Source: Octopus vulgaris
Taxonomy: Eukaryota
Reading direction: 5' to 3'
Assembly: GCA_951406725.2 (NCBI GenBank)
Contig: OX597824.1
Coordinates: 78,182,001 to 78,246,000, forward strand
Length of the DNA stretch: 64,000 bases
Shown here: one piece after another, positions 1 through 13,549 of the stretch
Layout of the letters: each line of letters starts with the position of its first letter
Numbering within the stretch: position 1 is the stretch's first letter
The notes under the pieces: model-generated
The model's database searches: none
What the model was told of the DNA's origin: nothing
The model's input: the letters and a program-made list of their open reading frames with translations, nothing else
Position numbers and translations under genes: made by a program

Positions 1-403
1 ATATACGTACGCGAGCATGGGAACTAGAACTGCGTCAAGAGCAAATTTATGTCACTATATTGATGACGATGAGGCAAGATAGCAATGCTTCTGAAAAATG
101 TCAGACATGATTAAGCAGGATCTAACCCACTCTGCCAGTTGGATAAGTTTCAGATATAGATAATCTAGTGGAATAACAAACGCTTTAATACGCACATCTA
201 TCTATTTATCTATCTATTTATCTGTCTGCTTGTGTACTGATCTATCAAAGTATATATTTATTTATCTATCATTCCCTATCTCTTTCTCCCACTCCCCCAC
301 TTTATACACATCCACATGTATAGATAAAATATGGTATGTATATGTATATCTATATGTGTGTATATATATGTGTGTTTGTGTATATTATATGTGTGTGTGT
401 GTA

Positions 404-469
<66 letters not shown>

Positions 470-648
470 TGTGTGTGTGTGTGTGTGTGCGAGTGTATGT
501 GAGTTGCGAAACTACTTGGATGTCTCGGACATTGACGGATGAGGAATCAGCCGCGAAACTTCCGTTTACGATGGTTTTGTCAAACTTTCCGTTTGTTCTG
601 TTTTCATAAAATATTTCCGTTTGTTGTGTTTTCCTCATTAAGTCCTTG

Positions 649-719
<71 letters not shown>

Positions 720-1112
720 GAGAGACAGAGAAAGAGAGAGAACAGCAGTTTGAAATGTTTAACCAGAAAGGAAATCTATAATTGTCACTAAATGTGACTA
801 GGATGTTAGAAACACCTACATTGTTAGAAATAAGAGCTAAAATGTTCAAATGATGTAGCCAAAGCACATAATTGTATACATATTTACAGGCAGGACCTAC
901 AATCGTCCAAAATCACTGTTCGAGAATTCCTTATGCTGAATTCAGTTTCGGCTATCTCCGTTGTCTCATCCGTAAGGACTGGCTCTACTTCGGTAGATTT
1001 CGGACTTAATTCTCAGTCTGTATATATGGTGTCATCATAGGAATCTGCGAGTGATTTAGCGAATATCTAATGTGTATATGCCATTCAATATTTGTTCTGT
1101 CTCTTTACTTAC

Positions 1113-1223
1113 TGAGGTCGCTTGGTGCCTGACTGTATCGGGCATCTTTGAGCAATATTACTTGTGTGAACAGGAATGATTTTCTGTCTAGATTATTACT
1201 GGTCTTCCATAACAAACCCTTAC
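1113..1223 (-). CDS. candidate internal coding exon (phase 1-1, 111 nt) of an unidentified gene
   Basis: Minus strand reads ttgtgtgttgcatag|GTAAGGG...GACCTCA|gtaagt. Only one frame is open: GKGLLWKTSNNLDRKSFLFTQVILLKDARYSQAPSDL. No recognisable homology. Confidence 0.3.
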
Positions 1224-1277
1224 CTATGCAACACACAAATATATACACACACATATATATATATATATACACATACA

Positions 1278-1442
1278 TACGATGGGCTTCTTTCAGTTTC
1301 CGTCTACCAAATCCACTTACAAGGCTTTGGTCGACTCGGCCTATAGTAGAAGACACTTGCCCAAGGTGCCACGCAGTGGAACTAAACCCGGAACCATGCG
1401 GTTGGTAAACAAGCTACTTACCACACAGCCACTCCTACGCCT
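1278..1442 (-). mobile_element. SINE family B, 5' half (tRNA-like head plus CORE-like region)
   Basis: Reverse complement of the head GGCGTAGGAGTGGCTGTGTGGTAAG...GTTCCGGGTT...CACCTTGGGCAAGTG, shared with more than 10 copies in the window. Confidence 0.85.
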
Positions 1443-1584
1443 TATAAAAATAATTCAGTATTGAGTCGATTTGTTCGACTATACCCTTCAAGGAGACGCT
1501 ACAGCATGGCCACAGTCCAAAGGCTAAAACAACTAAAAGAAAAGTTCTAAGAAGTACAAGCACAGTGTATAACTTATGTTCTCT

Positions 1585-1798
1585 TATATGTTTCAATCAT
1601 TTGACTGCGACCGTGCTGGAGCACCGCCTGAAAGGGTTTTGATGGAACAAATCCCCCCCAAGACCCTGTAAGCCTAGTATTTATTCTATCGGTTCTCTTT
1701 TGCTGAGCCGCTAAGTTACGGGGACGTAAACACACCAATGTCCGTTGTCAAGCGATGAGGGGACAAACACAAACACTCATACTTATATATACACGTAA

Positions 1799-1841
<43 letters not shown>

Positions 1842-2037
1842 TACACACACACATACACAGACACACACACACACATATATATTTATATATGACGGGTTTC
1901 TATCAGTTTCCGTGTACCAAATCCGTTGACAATGCTTTTGTCGACCCGAAGCTATAACAGAAGACACTTCTTCAAAGTGCCACGCAGTGGGACTGAACCT
2001 GGAACCATGTGATTGGAAAGCTAGCTTCTTGCCACAT
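1585..2037 (-). mobile_element. SINE family B, near full length with internal (CA)n
   Basis: Same head, internal microsatellite and 3' tail (GGCGGTGCTCCAGCA...CAGTCAAATGA) as the copy at 26351-26829. Confidence 0.85.
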
Positions 2038-2589
2038 AAGAATTTGATTTAGAAAGCCTCTAGAATTCGTTAAAATGTCCACCTTGATTGAGAAACATTG
2101 CCGACTTCGATATCAAAAAATGAATGTGTGGAAATATTTTGCAAGATACAATAAATCCTGGGTAACGTATTGCGGAAAAGAGATTTCCGCAATATCTATG
2201 TATAGCATCTCTGCATTATCGCAGTAACAGATATAAATCAATATTGGTGTGAATTGAAAGACGTTGCAATAGAGACAGACGAAAATAGAATATCAGGAAA
2301 GGTAAACACAGAGTGCATGTATATATCGGATAAGACATGGGATCTTAAGATAATTCACGTTTCCGGCAAGATAAAAAATATATCCACAAGTAATACAGCA
2401 ATGAAAAGGGAATACTAAACTCTAAAATAACTGCTACATGTAGAAAGAAATTGTGCCTTTAACATTGAAATTTTGATAGCGGAGCTTGTACAGAGCCGCT
2501 GTAGAAGTTACTGATAGCGTGATACGAAATATCTTTCTCAGGCTTACTGACAACTTGTTCAAATCTCGAGATACGTAATACACTTTTTC

Positions 2590-3037
2590 GTTTGAAATCT
2601 TCAAAGCCACAGTCGAACCAATTCTACCATATGGCTCAGAAACCTGGACGTTATCAAAGAAGCTTGAGAGGCGGTTGGATGGAACCTACACTCGCCTCCT
2701 TATGAGAGCTCAAAATCTCTCGTGGAAGCGCCATCCAACCAAAATGCAAATATATGGGAAACTACCACCTGTGTCATCTCTTGTGAAAGGTAGGAGAGTC
2801 CAGTTTGCTGGACATTGTTGTAGAGCTGAAAAAGAGGTAATTTCTACTCTTCTCCTCTGGAAGCCATCTACTCGCAATGCCAGAGGGCGCACACTCTCCT
2901 ACCCTGATGTAATCTCCAGGGATACAGGCATCCAGCAATAGGACCTCCGTAATGCCATGATGGACCGTGAAGTCTGGCGTAGCATGGTAAATTCCATTGT
3001 CTCGACCACGGTCGAACAATAATGATAATAATAATAA
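2590..3037 (+). mobile_element. 5'-truncated RTE-like LINE 3' end with (AAT)n tail
   Basis: Translates to FKATVEPILPYGSETWTL...RRVQFAGHCCR...LLWKP...DREVWR, motifs typical of the RTE-clade RT C-terminus. One premature stop, then (AAT)n. Confidence 0.8.
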
Positions 3038-3359
3038 GTATGAAAAGCAAACGTAACTTCGTCTCATTGTCGGAATTCATTTGATATTTCAAGCCCCGTC
3101 GATTAAAAAATCATGTGACCAACTCCACGAAGCGAAGCCATATAACAGCTAAGAGAGTAATTGTAACTTTTGTGCAGCATAGGAGTTTAAGGTACGGATC
3201 CTAACGGCCGGTATATTAAACAAGAAGCAGAAAATTCACTTTTAGTTTGCATAAAAGAAACTTCAAAATACAGCCACCTTAATGATATTCGTCTTGTGAA
3301 AACCATTTCAATTACGAGTCAATAGAACGCATGCATTCCAGGCTTCATAACTGAGAAAC

Positions 3360-3743
3360 GTGGAGGCGCAATGGCCCAGTGGTTAGGGCAGCGGACTCGC
3401 GGTCATAGGATCGCGGTTTCGATTCCCAGACCGGACGTTGTGAGTGTTTATTGAGCGAAAACACCTAAAGCTCCACGAGGCTCCGGCAGGGGATGGTGGT
3501 GATCCCTACTGTACTCTTTCACCACAACTTTGTCTCACTCTTACTTCCTGTTTCTGTTGTACCTGTATTTCAAAGGACCGGCCTTGTCACTCTCTGTGTC
3601 ACGCTGAATATCCCCAAGATACTACGTTAAGGGTACACGTGTCTATGGAGTGCTCAGCCACTTACACGTTAATTTCACGAGCAGGCTGTTCCGTTGATTC
3701 GGATCAACCGGAACCCTCGTCGTTGTAACCGACGAAGTGCTTC
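3360..3743 (+). mobile_element. SINE family A (tRNA-derived, probably octopus OR-type), full length
   Basis: A box TGGCCCAGTGG, B-box-like GGTTTCGATTCC; 14-bp TSD CATAACTGAGAAAC at 3346-3359 and 3744-3757. Confidence 0.92.
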
Positions 3744-3890
3744 CATAACTGAGAAACACATTATGAAAAATGACGTACAAGCAGCAAATTTATTTTTGAG
3801 TTCTATGTTTTACTGAATCGAACTCTTGAACACGAATGGATCAATTATTACAAATCACGCAGGTTATAACCTTCCCAACGTAATATTTGA

Positions 3891-4050
3891 TAAATAAAGA
3901 ATACCAAACTTATTCCCTATGGATACCGTATTTATTACAACTCGTGGCTTGTAAACGTATTTAACGAGCGAAAGCTCATTAGATACGTTTATAAGCCACG
4001 AGTTGTAATAAATACGGTATCCATAGGGAATCAGTTTGGTATTTTATTTA
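3891..4050. repeat. long palindrome, about 80-bp arms closed by a GAAA loop
   Basis: ATACCAAAC...CGAGC-GAAA-GCTC...GTTTGGTAT; the arms are complementary with few mismatches. Confidence 0.9.
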
Positions 4051-4139
4051 TTACACACGAATAAACGACCATATTTTATTAACCCAATAACTAAATTCTT
4101 CATGTTTAGTTGTAACTTATGAATGACAAAAGTAGTGCC

Positions 4140-4243
4140 GTCACCGTGACCTCAGGTCATCACCATGGATTGACCAATCAGAAGCAGCGCTGTCACCGTG
4201 ACCTCGGGTCATCACTATGGATTGACCATTCAGAAGCAGCGCT
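4140..4243. repeat. 52-bp tandem duplication containing a CCAAT motif
   Basis: Two copies of GTCACCGTGACCTC(A/G)GGTCATCAC(C/T)ATGGATTGACCA(A/T)TCAGAAGCAGCGCT. Confidence 0.9.
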
Positions 4244-4599
4244 CGCAGTATCTGACATGTGTTAGGTACCAAAAATATCTCAAAGTGTTCTCACTCACAT
4301 GTGTGTAATAATGCATGTGAAACAACGCTTGCTTTCATTTCAGTGCCCAAGCCGCATGTGGAAACGAACGAAGTGAATAAATTTAGAAATACATAAAGAA
4401 TATTAATACTTATAAGAGATAATAATGTTAGTGGCCGCAAGTTGTGAAAAACAGTTCATCAATGGACGTCATGGTTTACTACTATTACTACCAAGCCAAA
4501 TTCAAACTAATAACGGAAGAAAATTCTTCTTTGAACAATGTCATATTTATACACCCTGAAGAGACCGTACAAATAATTCATAAATCACTGCATAGAAAT

Positions 4600-6120
4600 A
4601 TGCAACGATACGCAATTAACGCGATAGAAACACGTGTCGGATAACTATGAATATACCAAGTGGAAATAAACATAAATTTTTGTAGGAGTCGTACAGTGGT
4701 TTTGAATGTTCATTCTCCTTGTTATCAATATATAGCATGAAGTATCTAATAATCCGCTTAATTACTCTGTTAATTGGAATTTACCATCCCCACTAGAAAT
4801 AGAAAGAGGAACGTTACTTGTTATAATCCACTATTTTCTCACTGGTAAAACTGTTTATCGAAAATATTCTTTGTAATATTTAAAGAAGTTTCCAATGCAG
4901 CACAAATGCCACCAAACTTTCCTCGGCGGCATAAATACCACAGTTTCTTTAAGACATATATTATGAAACTTTCCTATTTCGCTACCGTAGGAGCATCAAA
5001 AAGTACTAAACTCTAATGCAACAATGTAACAATTAGTTATTTTTTTTTTGGAAGCACTCCATCGGTTACGATGATGAGGGTTCCGGTTGATCCGAATCAA
5101 CGGAACAGCCTGCTCGTAAAATTAACGTGTAAGTGGTTGAGCACTCCACAGACACGTGTACCCTTAACGTAGTTCTCGGGGATATTCAGCGTGACACAGA
5201 GAGTGACAAGGCCGGCCCTTTGAAATCCAGGTACAACAGAAACAGGAAGTAAGAGTGAGAGAAAGTTGTGGTGAAAGAGTACAGCAGGTATCACTACCAT
5301 CCCCTGCCGGAGCCTCGTGGAGCTTTAGATGTTTTCGCTCAATAAACACTCACAACGCCCGGTCTTGGGATCGAAACCGCGATCCTATGACCGCGAGTCC
5401 GCTGCCCTAACCACTGGGCCATTGCGCCTCCATAATTAGTTATAGGACACTATCTACCTTGAATTTAGTGGCTAGTGAATTGTCAACGATTTTTGATGTG
5501 ACTTGTAAATATTAAGTAGATATATTTTATGAAAATTAATCCACTGAGTTATAGTGCTTAAACACCGAGTATGACAATAATTTAACTCACAGTAACCTTA
5601 GTTGTAACAGAAATAAAAGCGGCGTAGCAAACATGTCTTCCAGTTGCATGAACGCTGTACGAGATAACGATATGCATGATAATTTTGCGAGCCATATGTA
5701 ACATAAAGATAGCCATATTTATAGATGTAATTATAAAATTATGGATAATTGTTCCTTGGCTGGAATTGCTTTCTCAACAACATTGTTTACCAACGTGTAG
5801 GAAACACTTTAAATAAAAATGTATATTATCTAAAAACAATAGTAAGTTTTTAAAAAAGGAATACGTATTTTATGTGCGCTGTCACTAATTTTCTACTCTA
5901 CACTTTGACTTTATGAATCTTAAGCAGAATGTATGTTAAATTTATAGTCTAATGGCATAGATTTTAAAACTTCAACTAAAGGATGTCAATGTGACAGACA
6001 GAATTGCCAATTATATGCTCGCGAAACACTCGAGATTTTGTTGACAGATCAGAACCTATTAAATAAGAAAATGAAGTTAATAAAGACTACCAACATAAAG
6101 ACGCTCGAAAATTCCAAATA
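4600..6120 (+). mobile_element. highly decayed Penelope-like element (RT C-terminus and GIY-YIG end), interrupted by a SINE
   Basis: Broken frames RKRNVTCYNPLFS, NFPRRHKYHSFFKTYIMKLSY, NCQLYARETLEIL and NLLNKK resemble the PLE motifs WFNPPYS, HFP..HKY..IFN..KLSYS, C.LC..E..IL and LLNKR. Confidence 0.55.
5050..5432 (-). mobile_element. SINE family A, full length
   Basis: Reverse complement of 3360-3743; poly-A tail; TSD AATTAGTTAT at 5031-5040 and 5434-5443. Confidence 0.92.
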
Positions 6121-6373
6121 TTATGGGGAAATTAATCTGTTGATACCTGACGGCATCTACAAGAACTATTTCTTATCTTTATGTCACATACAAAAGATTT
6201 CCGACTAAAGCCTACTTAGGAAAAATCATAAATGTCTCAGAAGGTTTACCTCGAATTATTTCCTTTTTTTTTTCATTTAGCCTATCATACTGAGTAACGA
6301 TTAATATATTAATTTTGGCATTTGCTTTCTTTATATACAAATATATATATACCTACATGCTTACATATATATA

Positions 6374-6533
6374 TATAAATAAGGGCAAACGAAAAAATTT
6401 CTAATGCCAAATATGCCGAAAATTGGACATATTGTCCATTACAATATACGTGAAAAGTTATATGGTAATGAACAATAAGTCCAATTTTCGGCATATTTGG
6501 CATTAGAAAATTTTTCGTTTGCCCTTATTTATA
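6374..6533. repeat. fold-back element in (TA)n
   Basis: About 70-bp inverted arms ATAAATAAGGGCAAACG... and ...CGTTTGCCCTTATTTAT. Confidence 0.85.
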
Positions 6534-6538
6534 AGTTG

Positions 6539-6641
<103 letters not shown>

Positions 6642-7015
6642 AACCTTTCCAAAGGAGGACTACGATTTACCTTTTTTGTGGTTACAGGAATATCTGCAGG
6701 CCACAAAAGAGTTCATTGGGGAGTAGTATAAGAGGTTTATCGCCTCACAATGTATGTGTATAAATTTTGTTTCGTTTATGATGGACTTCTAGTCCAATTT
6801 TTTTGTATATATTTCTAAGAGGTTTAATACCTCTATATACGTTGTTTTTAACGAATAATAGTTTAGAGAAGCAGAGGGTCGGCGGGTGCTTTCTGTCTTC
6901 TCCCATCTTTATCATCTTGTATTATTATTATTCGCCTCATTAATGTCTTGTCCAGCCCGCAAAGCTACATATCTGTGTACTGCCTTTATGGCAAATGATA
7001 TAAAATAAAGTAAAT

Positions 7016-7121
7016 TGCTTACTAACCACATGTTTCTGATTCAGTCCCACTGCGTTGCACCTTGGACCGACCAAAGCCTTATGAGTGGATTTGGTAAACA
7101 GAAACTGAAAGAAGCCCGTCG

Positions 7122-7185
<64 letters not shown>

Positions 7186-7404
7186 TGTGTGTCTGTTTGT
7201 GTGTCTGTGTTCGTCCCCCCATCATCGCTTGACAACAGATGCTGGTGTGCTTACGTCCCCGTTACTTAGCCGTTCGGTAAAAGAGACCGATAGAATAAGT
7301 ACTGGGCTTACTAAGAATAAGTCTTTAGGTTGATTTGTTCGACTAAAGGCGGTACTCCAGTATGGCCGCAGTCAAATGACTGAAACAAGTAAAAGAATAA
7401 AAGA
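7016..7404 (+). mobile_element. SINE family B
   Basis: Head remnant, (TA)(TG) insert and conserved 3' tail. Confidence 0.85.
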
Positions 7405-7993
7405 ATGTATATATGGGTTGGAGTTCGTGCGTATATGCTAAAGTGTTCGTATTATATATGTAAATGTATCTGCATATAGTGTTTTAGTAAAGCTGAAAGT
7501 CTTCACAAATACCTATTTCGAGCTTCATGTAAACGATCATCAGACAGATGTGAACTTTTAGTACTTTTAGAATACTAAACAGCATTGAAATTGTAATTAT
7601 TTAAAACTGCTGAGAAAGGCGCTTATGATAATTCAAAATTCATGGAAAGTGTTGGATAATTTGAATGACTGTTAGAGAAACCTAAAGAATGATTAATAAT
7701 GGGTGCAGTAAAGTTAAATAAAGCGAAACGTTATGCATTGGCACAGCGGAAGAGTTGTAATATCTGCGACCAAACAGAAAGATGGGAAAGAAGCATATCA
7801 GACATCCTGGAATCTAGAACGAAGAGGTTAACAATAAGATTTAAGAAATAAACATAAAATGTAAAGCATATTTAAATTTGTATCGTGCATAAATAAATAA
7901 ATGAATTTAGAATCGGGAAAGGGAGTTAAAGGGAATTTGTGCGCAAAAAAGGAAAGGATATTGAGATAAATAGCAAGAGAAGTGAAAGTCGAA

Positions 7994-7996
<3 letters not shown>

Positions 7997-8059
<63 letters not shown>

Positions 8060-8091
8060 GATGGATGGATGGATGGATGGATGGATGGATG

Positions 8092-8140
<49 letters not shown>

Positions 8141-8145
8141 TGAGA

Positions 8146-8185
<40 letters not shown>

Positions 8186-8186
8186 C

Positions 8187-8223
<37 letters not shown>
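7997..8223. repeat. compound (GATA)n(GGAT)n(GATA)n(GAAA)n microsatellite
   Basis: Read directly from the sequence. Confidence 0.95.
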
Positions 8224-8225
<2 letters not shown>

Positions 8226-8321
8226 CACGGGTTGAAAGAGATGATAGTAGTTTGCTAAGCTTTGATATGTAAGATCAATTATATATGATATGCTAAACCT
8301 CGCTAAGATAAATATTTCAAT

Positions 8322-8390
8322 TACCTGAAGATTGACTGTAACCATAACTCGAATTATTACGAATTGGACAGCCATGAAACGATCGTAGTG
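8322..8390 (+). ncRNA. type-I hammerhead ribozyme motif, canonical core
   Basis: TAC-CTGAAGA-[TTGACTGT...ACAGCCAT]-GAAAC-GATC-GTA-GTG. Followed by an AT-rich tail (to about 8560) also present inverted at 27885-28230 and 38036-38400. Confidence 0.7.
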
Positions 8391-9578
8391 TTTTACTCAT
8401 TATCTTTTATTAAATTTTTAATACTTTTGATATATATTTAAAATAATATAAATTAATTAATTTTATGTATTGGCTTAAGTTTTTCATTGTTTGATTTGCC
8501 TAATAGTGGTTTAATCTCTAATTTAATATAATATTGGTTTAATCTCTAATATTAATATAATATTATATATATATATATATATATACATTCTTACATAAAG
8601 AAGAATGGGTCTAATAAATCCGAAAATATGTATCAAAGCAATTAGAGAGACATACAGGATTACTAAGGGTGAGAGAGAGAGAGAGAAAAGGGGAGTGGGA
8701 GAGAGAGAAGGAGAGGGAGAGAGTGATGTAGTGCGGATGGCAAGGACTAAAACGTTTGATGCCGTTAGTTTTTCAGATGTAGTAAAAAACGACACGGACA
8801 TGCTGGCCAAAAATATTAATCGATAAAATACGATGCAAAAAGATTTGGAAAGCAGGAAAAAAATAAATACACATGAAGCACATGGGATAAATAAATCAAG
8901 AATTCGAGCAATTCAAATCGAGAACAATAATTTGAAAACTTGAAGGGTCTTTAGTAAAAGTCATGAGCATAAACTATATGATGAATTAGAAAAAGCCAAG
9001 TAAATGTTATATAAAAGTCGTATATAGATTGTATAAAGATCAAATGTAACAGTCAAAAGGGAACAAAAGATCGAAGAGAGAACAACAATACATCCAACAT
9101 AATCCAAATTATATTCATGTTAAATGTAACAAATTCTTGGTACACTGAGAGGGCTATGACGTCATCCGTTCGTTGAATAATATCTGTTGCGTATACATGT
9201 TTTTTTTAGTGGGCAATGCTTTGTGGGTGAATTTGGTAGGGAAAACTGAATACATATATAAAGTGAGGATGGCGTAGCTTAGTGATTAGGGTTGCAATAA
9301 AGGTCTCGCAGGGCATACGCCGTCCTGTGCATCTGTGCAGGCTAGGTTGAATTGATGGAGGGAGTGACCTGATGTAGGGCACAAACATTTGATCACTAAT
9401 AAACAGATCATCTGTGTGGCTTGCCCTGCAAGAAGTTGCGAGACCCTCACCAGTCATCCACGAAACAAGTGTTCACTATATAGACACACATAAGTAAATA
9501 ACTGAATATACATATATATATATATGTATATATATATAATGTATGTGCGTATGTATATATACTGAGAAAAAGAGAAAA

Positions 9579-9621
<43 letters not shown>

Positions 9622-10950
9622 GTACTTGGAATAGGATACGTGGCGTTCGATCATATAATTATATAAATAATAAATAAATATATAAATACATGCATATATA
9701 CATACATATATGTACATACCTACATATAAATGTATATATATGCATATATGGGTACAGGACATAAAAAAAACCCTTAATCACTATGAGAAACGAAAACATA
9801 AAAACGGAAACATAGAAAACGAACTTTTTTCGAACAACGAAAAAAAACAAACATATATATATGCGTGTGCGTGTGTGTATCTGTGTTTGAGTTGTGTTTG
9901 TTGCTGAAAACTGCTTGTCAGTTGGATTGGTTTGTTCAACTTAGCAGTTCAACAAAACAGAACCGATAGGATAAGTACGAGACTTAAAAGGAAAAGTTCT
10001 GGGGTTGATTTGTTCGACAAAATGCCTCAGTGCAGTGCTCCAGCATAGCAGCCGTCCACTGACTGAAGCAAGCAAAAGATAGAGATAAATATCAATAATT
10101 CAGATTTTCAGTAAAAAAGGTCCGACTCTACTCAAAACACGAAAAATATTTCTCAAAGATAATGAGCATCTAATGAAATGACAGTAGGAGCCATCTCTAT
10201 ATAGGCTTCATTATTTTATTACTGATCAGCTGTTTTTGAAAGGAACTATAACAGATTCTTTCAGTAACCACATGTATTCGGAGAGACTTGTTGAGGACTT
10301 GTGTTTTTAATATTTTCAGAAATTCTTATCCAGATAAAATCTCGTTATAAATTTGTTTAAAACACTGATGTAATCTTGGATTGTACGACTGTCATCAAAT
10401 TTGGTCTTTGGCTCCATACTAGTTGTGGGCAAACTTTTTCGAAGTGAGGCTGATTCATCTACTAAAAATTATCACGTTTTATTTTTGTTACCATGCCATT
10501 CCAAAAATCGAAGTGCTTCAAGTTGCCATGATTGTTCTATACGCTACTCCTTTGGGCAAGTAATTCCAAATTATGTCAATATGTGTGTATGGGACATATA
10601 GGTGCAGGTGTGACTGTGTGGTAAGAAATTTGCTTCCCAACCCTATGGTTCTTTGTTCAGTTCCACTGCTTGTCATCTTGATCAAGTGCCTTCTACTATA
10701 GCCTCGGGTCACCCCAAACCATGTGAGTAGATTTGGTCGACTGAAAGATGGTCGTCATATATATATATATATATATATATCATTTATTCTTGATAGAATT
10801 CAGGATAAAATAACCTTAGGTCAGTTGAAATATGTCACATATTTCAACTGCTAAGGGCAAATACACTACAGTTAACGTAGAGAAAATTTCTCCCTTATCG
10901 TAAAAAGATGTGAAAATACCCCGTTCGTTCAGTGTCGGTGTCTTTCGAGA

Positions 10951-10997
10951 ATCTGAGACATTTATGTTTCGACTTTGCTAACTCTTGTCGATCAGAT
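10951..10997 (-). ncRNA. minimal hammerhead motif, U3-A8 core variant
   Basis: ATCTGA-TCGACAA-GAGTT agc AAAGTC-GAAAC-ATAAAT-GTC-TCAGAT; perfect 6-bp stem I. Confidence 0.6.
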
Positions 10998-11131
10998 GTG
11001 CTTGAGAGGAACAACCTTGAACGAACTGACAACTCTTATAGCTTTATATATAATTCTGCCACACACAAACACACATATATATTCTTTTCTTTTTTCTTTT
11101 TACTTATCCCAGTCAGTTGACGTGGATATAC

Positions 11132-11197
<66 letters not shown>

Positions 11198-11544
11198 GTT
11201 AGTATGTGTACAGGCGCGTTTGTGCGTGCGTCTATGTCTGTGTTTCTGTATACGTATGTATGTGAGTAGACGTATGTGTGTGTGATAATTTTTATGTCTA
11301 TATAAACATTTATAAATGTGTAAAAGTCTGTATCCTTATATCATATCTTTGTTCTTTGCTTATGTCATTAAATTTATTTTATGCTTAGTTTTAGTTCTAT
11401 CAATATATTTATTTTATAATTTTTATATTTTCATAGTTATTTTATTTTCTATATTCAAATTTATATTAAGAGGAATGTAAGCACAGGCGTGTGCATCTAT
11501 GAATGTACATAATTGAATGTACACAATTGTACACTTGTATGTGC

Positions 11545-11590
<46 letters not shown>

Positions 11591-11612
11591 GTATATATAT
11601 ATATATGTATGT

Positions 11613-11643
<31 letters not shown>

Positions 11644-12394
11644 TACATATATAGATAGATAGATATATATCTATACATATATAGATAGATAGATATATAT
11701 CTATACATATACATACATATAAACACACACACACATATATATAGATTTGTATATATATATATATATATATATTTTCGTTTTTCTTGTTTCAGCTCAGAGC
11801 TGTACATAATATGTGTATATATCCATATATATGTTTATGTGTATAATAAGTGTGTGTATATATGTATTTATATTACACATTTCACACAGACAGCCTGTTA
11901 ACATACCTCCTCTCTGACTTACTTATTTATTCATACTCTAGTAAAATGAGATATATAGCCATGTAACCGGTTATATCGTGGGTATCTTTCTTATCAAATA
12001 TCCCATGCTGGTGTGTCATCATCCACATGTAGTTTATTCTTACGTCATATGTATACAGACTTATATATCACATACATACACACGCACACACAGACACACA
12101 GTTACATACATGGACACACATAGACACATACATTATTATGAATAAACCAAGTGTAAATAAACATAAAATTTGAACGTTCAAATTCTTCATTCTCCTTATT
12201 ATCAATATTGTACTTTACATTCAAAGTAGCCTGGAATAAACTGTAACATCAGATGGGAGTTAAAGGACCATATAACGCAAAATCTGAAGGGACCAGTGTT
12301 TGCACTTTACATAGAGAAATTCGTTATCTGTCTGAATATTATATACCTACTCTTACAATATATATATACATACACATATATATATATATACATA

Positions 12395-12474
<80 letters not shown>

Positions 12475-12480
<6 letters not shown>

Positions 12481-12720
12481 AAATTAAAGAAGGAAAATAC
12501 GCACACTTACATGGTTTCAATATGATTTTTAATATATCGACCGGTTTCACTCGTAAATTTCATCACACACAACATGGACCAAATTTCCTCTTAAGAAAAA
12601 TATATATTCATATAAATTAAACATTATATCATGAATAGCGATAGCGAAACCGGTCGATATATTCAAAATTATATTAAAACCATGTAAGTGTGCGTATTTT
12701 CTTTTTTTAATTTCTTATAT
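12475..12720. mobile_element. PLE-type fold-back element in (TA)n carrying hammerhead motifs
   Basis: About 70-bp inverted arms ending in TATATCGACCGGTTTC and GAAACCGGTCGATATA. Confidence 0.8.
12625..12661 (+). ncRNA. minimal hammerhead ribozyme, A3-U8 core variant
   Basis: TATATC-ATGAATA-GC gata GC-GAAAC-CG-GTC-GATATA; perfect stem I and palindromic stem III (ACCGGT). Confidence 0.72.
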
Positions 12721-12825
12721 ACATTACAACCCACCACGTGGGGACAACCGAAATTCGTCTTTTCTGTTACTACTACTAAATATATATATATATATATACA
12801 CATATGTATATATACATACATACAT

Positions 12826-12874
<49 letters not shown>

Positions 12875-12876
<2 letters not shown>

Positions 12877-13143
12877 ATTAAACCTACTTGGAAAAGGATG
12901 CGTGGCGTTCGATCATATAATGAATAAATAATATATAAATATATGCATATAGACATATAGGTACATACCTACATATATATGTATATATATATACATGCAT
13001 ATATGGTTACATAACAAAAAAACGTAGACACAATGAGAAACGAATACATAAAAGCAAAAACTTAGAAAACGAACTTTTTTCGAACAACGAAAAAAAACAA
13101 CAAACAGAGAAAGGAGATATGCAACATAAAGAACATTCCCCTT

Positions 13144-13150
<7 letters not shown>
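12875..13150. repeat. dispersed repeat in (TA)n (second copy at about 9610-9850), probably a PLE terminal-repeat fragment
   Basis: Both copies share TACTTGGAA.AGGAT.CGTGGCGTTCGATCATATAAT and GAAAACGAACTTTTTTCGAACAACGAAAAAAAACAA. Confidence 0.7.
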
Positions 13151-13215
<65 letters not shown>

Positions 13216-13506
13216 GTGTGTGTATATATTCATTTACAAATAGAGAAAGAAACAGAGATGAAATAGAGAAATACAATTGACATATTAAAAATTTATTTAC
13301 ATTATAATATAGTATAATTATACTATAAAAAGATATTGTATGATATGATAAAATAAAAAAATAAAAAGAAATATAAATAAAATAATTTGTTTCCACTCAT
13401 ACCCACTAATGAAGTTATAAAAATTCACATTTATGCATATGGGTCTCTTCAGGGTAATTTTTGTTTAAAAGAAATAACAGGCAATATTGCCATGATTTAA
13501 TGGCGA

Positions 13507-13549
<43 letters not shown>

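Noticed and set aside
498-1020. Protein-like frames MRKTQQTEIF... and LSPKSTEVEPVLTDE... on the minus strand
   Set aside because: No convincing in-frame splice acceptor/donor pair and no recognisable homology.
3361-3435. tRNA-like sequences at SINE heads
   Set aside because: They continue into SINE bodies flanked by TSDs, so they are not tRNA genes.
3444-3728. Recurrent ORFs MFIERKHLKLHEAPAG... and ...RRHLPKVPRSGTEP...
   Set aside because: These are translations of SINE A and SINE B copies.
7502-7554. Minus-strand CTGATGA...CGAAAT-AGGT-ATT hammerhead-like motif
   Set aside because: Stem II is weak and stem I needs a 5-nt bulge; kept only as a possible decayed copy.
13385-13460. Minus-strand CTGAAGA-GACCCA...TGGGT...GAAAC
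   Set aside because: No stem III, NUH triplet or stem I closure.
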